A stretch of 59,178 nucleotides of DNA, counting the filler, from Sphacelaria rigidula (taxonomy: Eukaryota): the NCBI GenBank assembly GCA_964200075.2. It is 7 parts of 7 records of this genome, joined end to end, with 100 filler letters (N's around TTAATTAATTAA, not from the genome) between each part and the next. Parts side by side here need not be neighbours in the genome. Positions count along the whole stretch, not along the records: positions 1 to 8,370 come from CAXNAA020011365.1; positions 8,471 to 16,839 come from CAXNAA020011366.1; 5 more parts are not named here. One strand, given 5' to 3'. Numbering within the stretch: position 1 is the stretch's first letter; every line of letters starts with the position of its first letter. The notes under the pieces are model-generated. The model was not told where the DNA came from, searched no databases, and saw only the letters and a program-made list of their open reading frames with translations. A program made the position numbers and the translations under genes. Shown here in pieces: positions 1 through 11,367 of the stretch.

Positions 1-161
1 AAAAAAAAAAGGCCGACAAAAAAAAAAAAAAAGAAAAACAAAAGGAAAAAAAAAAAAAAAAAAAAAAAATACAAAGGAACGATGGAAAAAAAAAAAACAT
101 AAAAAAAAAACAATAGAACGATGGAGAAAAAACAAATACATTTAACAAGGAAGAAAAAAAA
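1..161. repeat. A-rich low-complexity tract at contig end
   Basis: Long A runs with two copies of GAACGATGGA. Confidence 0.85.
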
Positions 162-3100
162 AGCTTAAGGGATTCATGGCAGCAGAGTAGATGCAGACAC
201 ACACCGGTGGGCACCGCGCAGCCACCGGCTAAGGACATAATCAACAACCGATGTGAGAGGACAGGATTTTCCGATTGACTGAAATCTAAATTTGGAAGTT
301 CCCCACCCCGCAAGGTCTCCCCGTAGGCGTTGTCGCTATCCACTGATGAAACGGGTTCTACCAGCTCGTTTTCTAGGTGTTCACGTTGAGCATATCGACT
401 CAGTTACATAGAGCAAGTTCGGCCGACACGTTTCTACTAGAACCACAGACGACGGAAGGGTGATATTGATCCTGAGCTCCAGTACCCGCCCCGGGGGAGA
501 CATATCAACTTTTGCTTCGACGAAAATTGCAGAAAAGGAAGCAATGGGCAGTAAAAGCACAGTGCTTGAGTCTTGAGCACTTTTCTTGATTGGCCGCTGT
601 GGTGTTTTTCAATATACAGTACTTGCTGACTGTAATACTGTGCGCCCTCTTTTTCGCGTGGTCTGATATCATTACCTGGCACCGTGCTCTCATGTAGCGG
701 CCCACATTAAAAATCAACAGTGCTGCAGAGCGGAATGATACGATACAGTGGTAGGATATTTTTCGACCTGGGGTGGTTGAACGTGCAGGTCTCATCCGAT
801 AGTTTTTTCTTATTGTTTTACTTAGTATATCTCTAGACCAGTCAGCGATTGGAGTGTCACGTACGTACACTTCAGTCCGCGATCGTACGACCAGTGCAGG
901 GTACTGTAGGCTTTTGTCTGCGCTAAAATAGGTAGTATATATGTGGCACGAAAGAGGGTGAGAGCCGGCTCAAGGGGGTATCATCATGCTCATGAGTTGA
1001 GGTGATGCAAGCGCAACCAACCGACCAACCTCGATTCCATTCTTACATACATATTGATACACTTGGAACCTTGCACAGCAGTCGCGCTGCGTGCAAACCC
1101 GATATACGATGATGCCCGTGGTATTTCTCGGTCCGTGACCTCTCACATGCACCATCCCCCTCACCCCGAAATCGCAAAGACGCTTATGAATAGGTTATGT
1201 CATTACGTAGTAAAGTGCAATTATCGGTGTGATATGACACGTCCGGTACATGATCACAAACAGTTGTACCGCACGGCACGCGATACATCGATTCTCACGC
1301 CCTTACAACGCAACGAGCAACAGGGAGAGTTTCACCGCCCCCCTTCCTCATGCACTTGCTCGGCCAGCAGGCTACAAACTTACCCATTCTCGGTCATCCT
1401 GTCAGTCGACACGGCGCTCGCAACAGGTAACCAGCTGGGAGCATAAATACGGGTGGGGCGTTTCCGAATTTCCGGTTGCCGGTACTGTATTATCTTTATA
1501 CGAGCACATTTCATCCGTACGCCCCTCCAATGCAAACGCAAAACCCACGGCGGACTTCATCCCCCTTGCCTCCTGAAACACTCCCCGCGGGTCGCAAAAG
1601 TTTCACGTGTTCGGCTACTGTGTCGGTGGGCCCGCGTCCAAGAGGTGGGGGAGCGTAGGGGCAAGAGAAGAATAAGGTGTGTTCGTGTTTCGGTGAGACT
1701 CAAACTGTTCGTTCTGAGCAGACAAACTCTCACCCGTGTCACACCGCGTTCAAGCGAGAACAAAAACAGGACGGAGAAATATGGCGATATGGGTGACCGC
1801 GGGTCATAATTTACGATTTTCTCCTGGGAAATGTCAGGCAATGACAACGGCGCGACCGAGCACGGCGCGTTGACTCCAGGCACGTTAATTCCAGGCGGGC
1901 AGTTGCACATGGACTGGGGGACCATTGTGGAGGAGTGTAGCAGGTGTAGGATTTCTGTTCGCCCGAGATGATAGAGGAACACAACACGCAACAAATCGCC
2001 CGGAATTTGATACGATCGGATATGAAAGCCACTCGGAAACAAATGGGCTGGCTCTCTTTCCAGCTATTTTATCAACCTGCACCAAAACTTGTTCGCCTGC
2101 ACCCACAGACAGGCAAAAGACAGACACGTGAAGAGAAGTCGATAGGCGAACTTCGAAGCGCTCTTGGCTACATATATTTGCACTCACCGTACTGCATGTT
2201 GTGAGCGATCGCGACACTAGACAGTCATATTGTAGCTGAAGACACCAGTGCCGCGCAACATTTTTCGTCAACCCGTTGGTGTTCGGGAAACGCGGTACCG
2301 CTGCATGTGATTACTCTGTGCTTTCAGTGTTGTCCTACATCGTGTACTTGCGCTCCGGTGCAGGACGCTTTTTCATTATTTTATATTGGATGATGACCGT
2401 TGCTATTTATTTGAGGGTATAGACACTGGACGAACCCAAGAAACATTAGAGAGTTCCGTAAACACAAATCAGAACTCAGGGATAAGGAAAAACTCAGGGA
2501 GTATCAAGAAAGTTGGGATTTAAGGCCAGGATATGACGAAATCCCCTAGGTAAACCCCGAAAACTGAACCCTGAGAAGAGACATGCGCAGCAACTCAGGA
2601 ATATTTTTCAAATTTTCAAATAAACCCTGAGTTGCTGAACACCCCAAAATGTTGATGCAACACTCAGGGGTATGAAACGGAACTAGACACCCTGCCCCAT
2701 AACGACCAAGCCTACAGAACACAGCCGTACCGTGCGTAGGGCAAATATCGTAAGTGAGGCGATGGCGAATGCCATGAACGCCCGCGACAGCGCTGGTGAT
2801 GACAGCTCGTTCACAAGGGTGAACTAAGACTACGAGGAGCATTTGGAGGCGAACAGAGGAGCCGAGACACCAGTCGACCCGGCTTATGATGGTGCGAAAG
2901 GGCGGGAGTCGGCCGCTCAAGCTGCTGCTACGAGGACTTGACAAAATGGCCACCCAACGTTAAGCTTGCGTTCGCTCGCGCAGGTAAACCACCGTTGTGT
3001 GGCCCTTTTGTCAAGATCCTCGAAGCGTCTGCATGAATGGTCCACTTCAGCCCTTCCACGTCATCTTTAGCCAAGTCGATAGGTGTCTCTGTTCCCCCGT

Positions 3101-3465
3101 TCGCCTCCACGCAGCTAGGATTACTGCATAAAGTGAAACTTCATCGGGAACTACTGTACTTTCTCATAGCATGCAAACGTACACACACGGGCACGCTCAC
3201 ACTTTTACTACAGACAGTGCACACAGCACTTACTACAGGAAGCATACAAAACTGTCTACAGACAGCACAGTCCGGGCAACAACAGTACTACAACAGTACA
3301 AATCTCAGCTGTCTCAACTCAATAGTGCTGTACGACACACCGACATGTGCAGGACTTGTGAATGACTTTCGGGCGCCGAGGTGCACTGCCCTTGTACCCA
3401 ACGCTGTGTACGGTTCCGGGTTCGTATCCGGAGGCTGTGTTGACGATACTGTTGTGTTCGAGTTG

Positions 3466-3672
3466 TCGTCCCATCTATTCTGGACGCCGGTCTACACCTC
3501 GCGGTATACGTGGGCGCACCAGCTGGGGTCACACAGGAAGAGGGTCAACACAGGAGCTTTTTCATTTTTTGTTTGTTTTCAGTACTCCACCTTTCTTCTG
3601 CGGTGCTTGCCTTAATATTTTATCGCGAGAGGGTTTCGGCAGTCATTTTCCCTCGTCAACCGTTAAGTCGAA
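3466..3672 (-). mobile_element. tRNA-derived SINE, 3' body fragment
   Basis: TCGTCCCATCTATTCTGG...CAGCTGGGGTCACACAGGAAG...CCTCGTCAACCG is homologous to 44610-44908, 30862-31050 and 33731-33776, and (reverse complement) to 58986-59178. Confidence 0.75.
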
Positions 3673-5757
3673 TATACTGCTGTCGCGTATTCAACGGTAC
3701 GGGGACAGCATGAACAAGTAAAGTCGTGATAGGATAGGACGGAGGGTAGTGTGGGCCGTTGCTTCCACTAAATACAACTTCGAATCAATTTTAGGAGCAA
3801 CGATCTTCAGAACGGGCGTGTTGCCGATAAAAAACGCCTATTCATCCTGCTTGACGCCATTTTACCCAAATACACGCGCACGGCGAGTGTGTCGGATTGT
3901 TCGAAACATCTATGAGTCTTTTTCTCCTAGAATCAAACACCCAACCTATGGCAGCAAGGCTCTGTACGTACTCTCCTGCGCTGTACGGGTAACACCGCAT
4001 AGGTGGGCGCAGAGTACAAGCGCAGAAAAGCACGGCGCGACTTGTACCTTTTGAACTCATGACACCAACCACGTGGCATTCGGAACAAAAAATACAAAAC
4101 CCTGAAACGTTTGCCACGGTCCACAGCTACGTGGTAAAAAAAAAAAATTGGGGTTTGAGCGTAAACAATGCAGTCGTTTCTCGCTGTTATCCCTGAGTTC
4201 AGATTTTTTTCCCCGAAACTCTCTATTGAGGACGGCGTGACCAGGGCATGCGAGATGATACGCGATGAGACCTCCACCACAAGCCACAGAGGTGCCACGC
4301 CTTTCCATGGGAACCGGGCAGAACTTTGTGCACACGCCCCTGGCCCTGAACGAGCTGCAAGGAGTCAAATATCTTGGGAAACGTGACGTGCAGCCCTGGT
4401 TCCAACATGAAGATCTACCCTGATTTTTCGTTCCTGTCGGCGTTATCGTTTTCATGCGGTGTGCACTACAGATGCTTTGGTTGGGAGTTTTTCATCAAGT
4501 TTCATTTTTTTTCCTTCAAGATACAGCCTTACCGTGCGCCTCATGGAAAACAACTCACCGCGATATATAATGGAGAGTTTTGGAAAACGTTTTTTTGTTT
4601 TCCTCTGGTGTCAGAGCGGGAGGAAAAACAGCCGGTAGCGGTGCCCATTCCACTGTGATTTTTTCCTCTAGAGCGAGTTTTTCAGCGTCAGAGTGCCATT
4701 TGCAACTCTTGACTCTGAAAATCGCTTTTCCTCTTCAGAGTTCGAAGCGGAACAAAAAAGAGTCACGCCCTCCTTCACCACCATGGCCACGGCCAGTCAA
4801 AAATCTATACACCCTATCAAGCAAAGTGGGACATCCATCATCCATCACAACTGCCATGCTCATCACAATGGGCCATTCACGAAGTAGAAAAGCTTGGCAT
4901 CGCAATCAGAAGACCTCCCTGACGCCCTCATGGTATCAGATTCGCTTGGTTGTGTTGCATGAAAATTCAAATGCTCGGCGGGTACACGACGTTGCCTTGG
5001 GTGCAATTCCTCACTTTTGCCAGCTTCAGCTGGAAGAAGACGGTGTAACGATTCGTAGTCTACAGCGCACAACCGGTACTACAGCTGGCTGCGTTTCCAT
5101 TCCGTTAGAGATAATGACGTCTTGCAGGACCTTTATGGATGGCATGTTGAAAAATCATCACAATGCGGTCTTCTCTGTTGTTTGAAAGTGCTGCGTAGTG
5201 TATCGTACTACTGTACAACTGACTGTCTTTACGGCATCGGTGTAGTTCACCGTACCGCAATGCACTGTTGTACTGTAGGGTTCTGCATTGAACTCTTTGT
5301 ACTGCACTGCCTGTCCTCCACACTGCACAGCACTACAGCACCACAGCACTACGGTACCTTGTAGTGCGCCGTAGTGGATTGAAATACTGCAGGTGCAGTG
5401 GAGCGTAGTGTACGGTACGCACGGTGCCGCAGGGTACGGTACAGCCAGTGCTTTGCTGGCCAATACACTTCAGGACTGGACGCTGGTCGATCGTACAATT
5501 GGCCGGGCAACCTGCGGCCGATCACTGCGGCAAAAATAACTCACGCCAAGCTACGTCACATCAGCTTCCGCTATTAACTTTTTAGCGTCCACTCTGAAAT
5601 TTCAAAGCTTCAAAGCTTCCACTCAACACTCTGACTCTAAGATGAGGAAAAAACACCTTCCGAAACTCTCCAGAGAGCAGTTTCTGACAGTAACATTTGA
5701 ACATTTCACACCTTACCACAGCCTCTACCCTCTTCACGTGACGAAAGACTACATACG

Positions 5758-6742
5758 CAGTGAAGATTATTATGCGGGCCTAAAAGTGACACCATAGGTA
5801 GGCTTTTGCTTCTTATGCACTTTTTTTTTATGCCCGTTTTTTCGGGGGGTTTTTATGTTCAAAAGTGAACATTATGCGCCGATTTATGCGTATTTCGGTG
5901 AAGTATGCGCGACTTATGCGCCTTTTTCGCGTCGTTCTCTAGGTGGTTCCTGGCGGGTTCCTGGCAGCACCGCCCATGGAACGTACCACTTCAGCAAGAA
6001 AACAAGACTGCACGTTGAACATTTCGGGATTTCACGATTGCTTGGAAGGAAGGCTCGCTCGTTTTTTTCTTCGTTCATTGGTTTTGCAGGTCATGTCGGA
6101 AATAATAATAATAAGAAAAAAGTAAGAAAAAAACAAATGATAAATGATAATGAAAAGATCTCTGCGCTTTTTGTCTCGCCCTCTGCTCCTCAGCGGTCTC
6201 CTTCGTGTCGCGCTGTTGGGGCGCCGGAGTCCGCACCTCGGTCACCTCGACCTCTTTTTGCTCTGTCAGAGTAGTGTAGTGCTCACTGCTGTACTGTCAG
6301 TGCACGATGTTCTGTGCGCTGTACACTGTACAGTTGTGGATTGGGCTGTTTAGCGTGTGACGTTGTGGCGGGAGCCGCTGTTTGATTTGAAAAATGACAC
6401 ATTTATTTTTTCATCAGATTCACATGAACATAGAGTAGCTCACATACAGAACCAAAACCGGTATCAGACCCGCAACAAAGTTCAAAAAAATAAATTACGA
6501 ACACCAGCGCCACGACTCCACGAACTATGCCACATGGAGCACCCTTGGGCAGGTGCCCTTGGGCAGGTGCTAGTTGCTGAACTTGGGGTGCATGATCCCG
6601 TTGGAGTACTATATGCGCCAAGTTATGCGTAAAACCTAGGTTTTATGCCTTTATGCTGAAATGTTTTTCAAAAAACGCATATGCTTATGCGCAAAACCCC
6701 ATTTTATGCGAAATTATATGCGCGCATAACAAGCGAAAGACT
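5758..6742. mobile_element. Possible non-autonomous DNA transposon with TTATGC(G) subterminal repeats
   Basis: Dense clusters of TTATGC/TTATGCG at about 5770-5920 and 6610-6730. The terminal inverted match is only partial and no TSD was found. Confidence 0.35.
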
Positions 6743-8370
6743 AACGATATGCATCAATATCTGCAATGCCATGGGCCTATACATAACGCATTCGCTGAAG
6801 GAGTGGCGGGACACATGGGGTATAACAGCCCCTCTCGCCCGAACTGAGTCATCCTGCGGGGTCGGTTTTCGATCTGGATCAAAACTGGTATCTGGAACGG
6901 GGATTGCTCCGTTCTGTAATCTACGCCACAGCACACACTAAAGAACGTGAATAAGGACGTTTTATCACCTGCTCCTGGGCAACGGGCGGGGATACAGAGC
7001 ACACGGAATATACCACCCGCCCCCGCGCCTCAACCCAGAATGTGTAGTACGTGATCGATTCTGGAACAAGGCCTGCTCCGCGCTGTACACGATGGTGCAG
7101 CAGCACCCATAGTGTACCGAAGGTGATTGCACACACAATACAGTACGGGAGTACGGGGTATCACTAGGTATGGGGACTATGATAACTACAGAACTATCGC
7201 ATTTGTGGTACAAGTCTAGCCGCGGTCAATGCCGTGTACAGCAGTGTCACAGCACACATTGTTGCAGCGCTGTTGGCAACTGCAGTGGAGTGCATCACAG
7301 TACTGTCAAAAGTAAAGTAATAAAAGTGCCCACATCAGAGGAGATAAACACCACAAAACACGCCCAAAAGCTACCATCAACGATGCTCGACTGCACCGTG
7401 CGAGTATTTTCTGTATTGCACTACAAGTTACACTCTTTGTTGCCACTTGCCTTTGTGAAAGGGCACACCAAGGAGCCCAGCAAGTCAGCGTCCGGCTCTT
7501 TCAAATAATCTCCGACCAAGTCGCTGAACTCGCGCCACTGGCCGAACTGTGTTACCGAACCCCTGCTCCGAGCGCGAGTACTTCGCAGCTGAATATCCCG
7601 CAATAAATTAGTCAAATGCCGGCTGTACACCTTCATTGAACAGCTGGCACTTGGAGCAGCAGTACTGAGCTGCTGCGGTGAGGATTCACGTGTAAATTGT
7701 GATGCCGCCCTCGACTCTTAACGCCTCGCGCTGGGTGACTAGGTGCGGCGTAACTAGATGCGGCGTAACTAGACCGCAAAGGGAAACATGCTTGCAGACA
7801 CGAGTAGTAGTGGACTGAAAGAGCACACAAAGGAATTCAGTGTATACCGGGGGGGGGCACAAGAACTGAGGATAGTGCATACGGAGCGACTGAGAAGCTT
7901 TCAGCATGGGGTTCAGCGATTGTGAGAGTCTTGGCCCTGAACATGATCCGGCGGTGCCGTCGAGATTGGCCGCGGAGTTTCGAGCAAACTACACGACGAG
8001 TGCTGTGGACCCCGGCGGTGGCGGGAAATGCTCGGTGGAGATGGGTCAAGAGAACTTAATTGCTCTTTTGCTGAAGCAGCAGGAGGAGATGCTTCAAGAG
8101 ATTAAAAGTCAGAAGCAGGTCTGCCCGGGTGTTTGTCGATCTTGGTTTGTTGAGTTATTCAAGGGCAGGTCGAGTGGAGTATACTCAATTGCGGGGTATT
8201 TTGAAATTCGTAATTGAAGTACACAATTTGGGGGTAGGGTTTAGGGATCGCTCTCCAGTTACGAGCTGGGCCAGTCTAAAAACGGATTTAACCCTTAAGC
8301 CGTTTCTTCCGGTTGGTTATTTCCTTCCGTTATTTGCAAATAACAAGTGAAAATAACAAGATGGCTACTT

Positions 8371-8470
8371 NNNNNNNNNNNNNNNNNNNNNNNNNNNNNN
8401 NNNNNNNNNNNNNNTTAATTAATTAANNNNNNNNNNNNNNNNNNNNNNNNNNNNNNNNNNNNNNNNNNNN
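8371..8470. other. Artificial contig-joining spacer (44 N + TTAATTAATTAA + 44 N)
   Basis: Identical 100-bp spacer with a six-frame stop linker recurs six times in the window. Confidence 0.98.
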
Positions 8471-8943
8471 CTGTGTCGATGAGATATTGCTCTTAGAGCT
8501 TGAATCCGTTTTTAGGCTGGCCCAGCTCGTAGTGGATTCCGGTCCGCGTAGCCGCTACTACTCGTCCATGTCAATCTCGATTGTCGACCGCCTGGCGCTG
8601 GTAAAGTACGGAACCGAAAAAATGTTACGTGCCGGCCTCGAGGCCAGCGACCCTCAGACAGACGAAGAATCGGCGAGGTGCAACCAGCGTATCTCCCCGC
8701 TAGAAGCGGCGTTTGACAACGTATTGCAGACATTTCGCATGTATGCGATGAAGAAAAATCTGCCATGTTCGAAAAAATGATCAACACGGACCTGCGGGGA
8801 TGGACACAGTTCATGCCCGAGTCCCAAATTTCCTGGCTCGGCACGACTCGCCCCAGCCTTCAGCAGCACGCACACCGATGATGTCGTTTCCAACGTTCCC
8901 GACTTCACAGTAATATCTCGATTCTGGACACATGTTGGTGTAG

Positions 8944-9192
8944 GAGAATTTTGAGCAAGACCGCAGAAAACGGAGTGCCCCGACTGGCAGTGGGACTGGC
9001 CCAAGAAAGAGGGCGGCGACAACACCCGCTGCAAAGCGGGAACTCACGTGCTTCAGGTGGTTAGATGGGAAATGCGGACTCGCCGAGGAGCAATGCAAGT
9101 ACCGTCACATCGAAGGTTTGGTTGCAAGCTTCAGACACGCGTCCGACGCATCCCCACTCCAAATGGCGGAATATTCTCAATCAAGGGAATAA
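8944..9192 (+). pseudogene. Reading frame with CCCH zinc finger (exon or degenerate retroelement ORF1)
   Basis: Frame 1 reads ENFEQDRRKRSAPTGSGTGPRKRAATTPAAKRELT-CFRWLDGKCGLAEEQCKYRH (C-x7-C-x6-C-x3-H at 9049-9108), with in-frame TAG/TAA just upstream. Not in the ORF track. Confidence 0.45.
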
Positions 9193-9408
9193 GTGTTTGG
9201 TGGGAGCGAAAGAATTTTCAAACGCATTATTGAATTAAATTGAATCACACATGAATCATAATACATGTGAAATGACGAGCACCGAACAGAACCGGAACGG
9301 CTCAGGGGTTGAAAGGTCTGTATCGCTGATACCGAGCATCGAAGGGATTGTCATTTATCGTTGGTTGCAAGCTTCAGACACGCGTCCGACGCATCCCCAC
9401 TTCAAATG
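9118..9408 (+). repeat. 48-bp direct duplication (9118-9165 and 9361-9408)
   Basis: TTGGTTGCAAGCTTCAGACACGCGTCCGACGCATCCCCACT(C/T)CAAATG occurs twice with one mismatch. Confidence 0.9.
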
Positions 9409-10491
9409 CGCAATGTAAATTGCGGCACCAGATCTTGTGGGGTTAGTATAATTATCTTCATTGTACCTGTCAAATTTTCTCTGTCCTATTTTACTTTTGC
9501 TTGATTACCTAATACCTTATTTCGTAGGGCTGTGAACCCCAACAGATAGTACTGTCGCTTAAATTAGAACTGCAGTTAACCGGAACTGGCGACGATGGCG
9601 CCAGTTGTCCATTTTAATTGAAGTTTGCCGTTACCGGCTATACTGTATAACAATTTCAGTATGGGGCTGTTCCGCGCTTTTCTATGCCACGTTTTTCATA
9701 TTTTCGATTCCGATACACTAGGGACCTCACTAAGAGCTCAAATTTTGACAGATAACGCATACTGGAGAAACATTGGTGAAGTCGGATTTAGGAGGGAGTG
9801 TGTGGTAGCGCAGGGGAAGAGAAAATAGCCGTCCTCGAGGGGGATGCTTTCTATCGTGAATTTAGTGTTGGTATCCACCGCTTTGGCCTATACCATGCGA
9901 ATCGCAATACGTTTGGATGTCATGAAAGTTTTGTCGGAACACTTGAAGTATAGACTTACAAAAAATGTCTACTTATCCGGCGACTTGATGTACCCACCAC
10001 AAATCTATTGTTAGCCGGGTGGTATCTAACGTTTTGGCCTGCTACACACGAATGGCGATGCACCGAAACACACGAACACACCGATAAAACGTGTATACAA
10101 CGAATATTTATTCCAACACCTCGTTTCTCCCAACCCGGGAATAATATCGCCCTATCCCCCCTCAAGACGCGATGGGGGTGTCATCTACCGTTTTCGCTAG
10201 TTAAATACGCACTTACACACGAATGGCGACGCCTCCGAGCACGAGGGAGGTACTGCTAGAAATTACCCAACAAATACTATTCCCTCATGAGCCCCTTTCC
10301 CCCCCCCCCATCCCCTTTGCTGGGGATGAAATCGACGCATCCCTCTCCGAACAATCTCAGCGGCAAGGGGGTGTTATCCGACGTTTGAGCCATTTGCAGC
10401 GGGACAACAATGAATCTGAACACGTGACCGGTACCAATAGAAAATGCGTGCAATCTACCCATACTAGATATATATGTCGTTTATCTTAATT

Positions 10492-11367
10492 CTTTTGGGA
10501 CCAACCCCCCACTAACATAGGGTTGACCCTGTGTCAGTGAAATAATAAAAAATAAATCAGGGAGCGACCTGCCCAATCACGGCGACGCGAAAACTTCCTT
10601 TCGTCTTTCCACGGCCCACCTGGATTTAGTGACTCGTGAAAATGACCACATTGTAGCATGAACACTCCTTCCCGTATTTTTTCCGCTCTACCCTGTCTTA
10701 GAGTAATCACTACGTGTCAGTATAGAATTGCGACCCAAACCCCCCGCCGGAAAATCTTGGGAACGCTAGCTATACTGAACGCACATAGTATCATAAAACC
10801 TAGGGTTAGGTACTGGCTGCTGACGTAGCCAGTACACCAGTACTTTACCAATACTTTCTGTACGCGGCGAAGCCGCGACCACCGGCCCCCCCCGGCTGGC
10901 GAGGGGGCCCCGCCGGAGGCACTTTTTTACGCGATTTGGCTTCAGTAGAGCAAAAAAGCACGTTATACGCTACATATATAAGGGCGACCTTAGAAGAGTT
11001 CTGCGTGCCATCGCGGACGTACGTAAGCCAAAATGTACTGGCAGTAATGGCGGCTCCAAAACCAGTACAGTACACTGCCAGTACCAGTAGTACTACCAGT
11101 AGGTACTGGTCCAGTACCCAACCCTAATAAAACCAAGCCGGACCAACCTGCATTTAGAAACCTAGGAAGGCATATCTGGGCCAGGGATAGGGCTCCCACA
11201 CGATATTTGCAGTGGCATCACACTCGACAACAATGCCCGCGCTGGTCGTTCGGGTCTGGTCGATACATTTCGCCTCGCCGTGATAGGGCAGGTCGCTCCC
11301 TGACATATATTCTAGTACTTCACTACACAGGGTCAACCCTGTGTCAGTGGGGGGTCGGTCCCAAAAG
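10492..11367. mobile_element. MITE/foldback element with ~100-bp terminal inverted repeats
   Basis: CTTTTGGGACCAACCCCC...CAGGGAGCGACCTGCCCAATCACGGCGA (about 10492-10595) is the reverse complement of about 11267-11367. Confidence 0.8.
10801..11126. mobile_element. hAT-like MITE with 8-bp TSD, nested in the 10492-11367 element
   Basis: TIR TAGGGTTAGGTACTGG / CCAGTACCCAACCCTA (15/16 match). Perfect TSD ATAAAACC at 10793-10800 and 11127-11134. CAGTA subterminal repeats. Confidence 0.85.

Noticed and set aside
7906..8120. Possible exon ending ...LLLKQQEEMLQEIKSQKQ|gt
   Set aside because: Single candidate with a weak donor and no partner exon or recognisable family.
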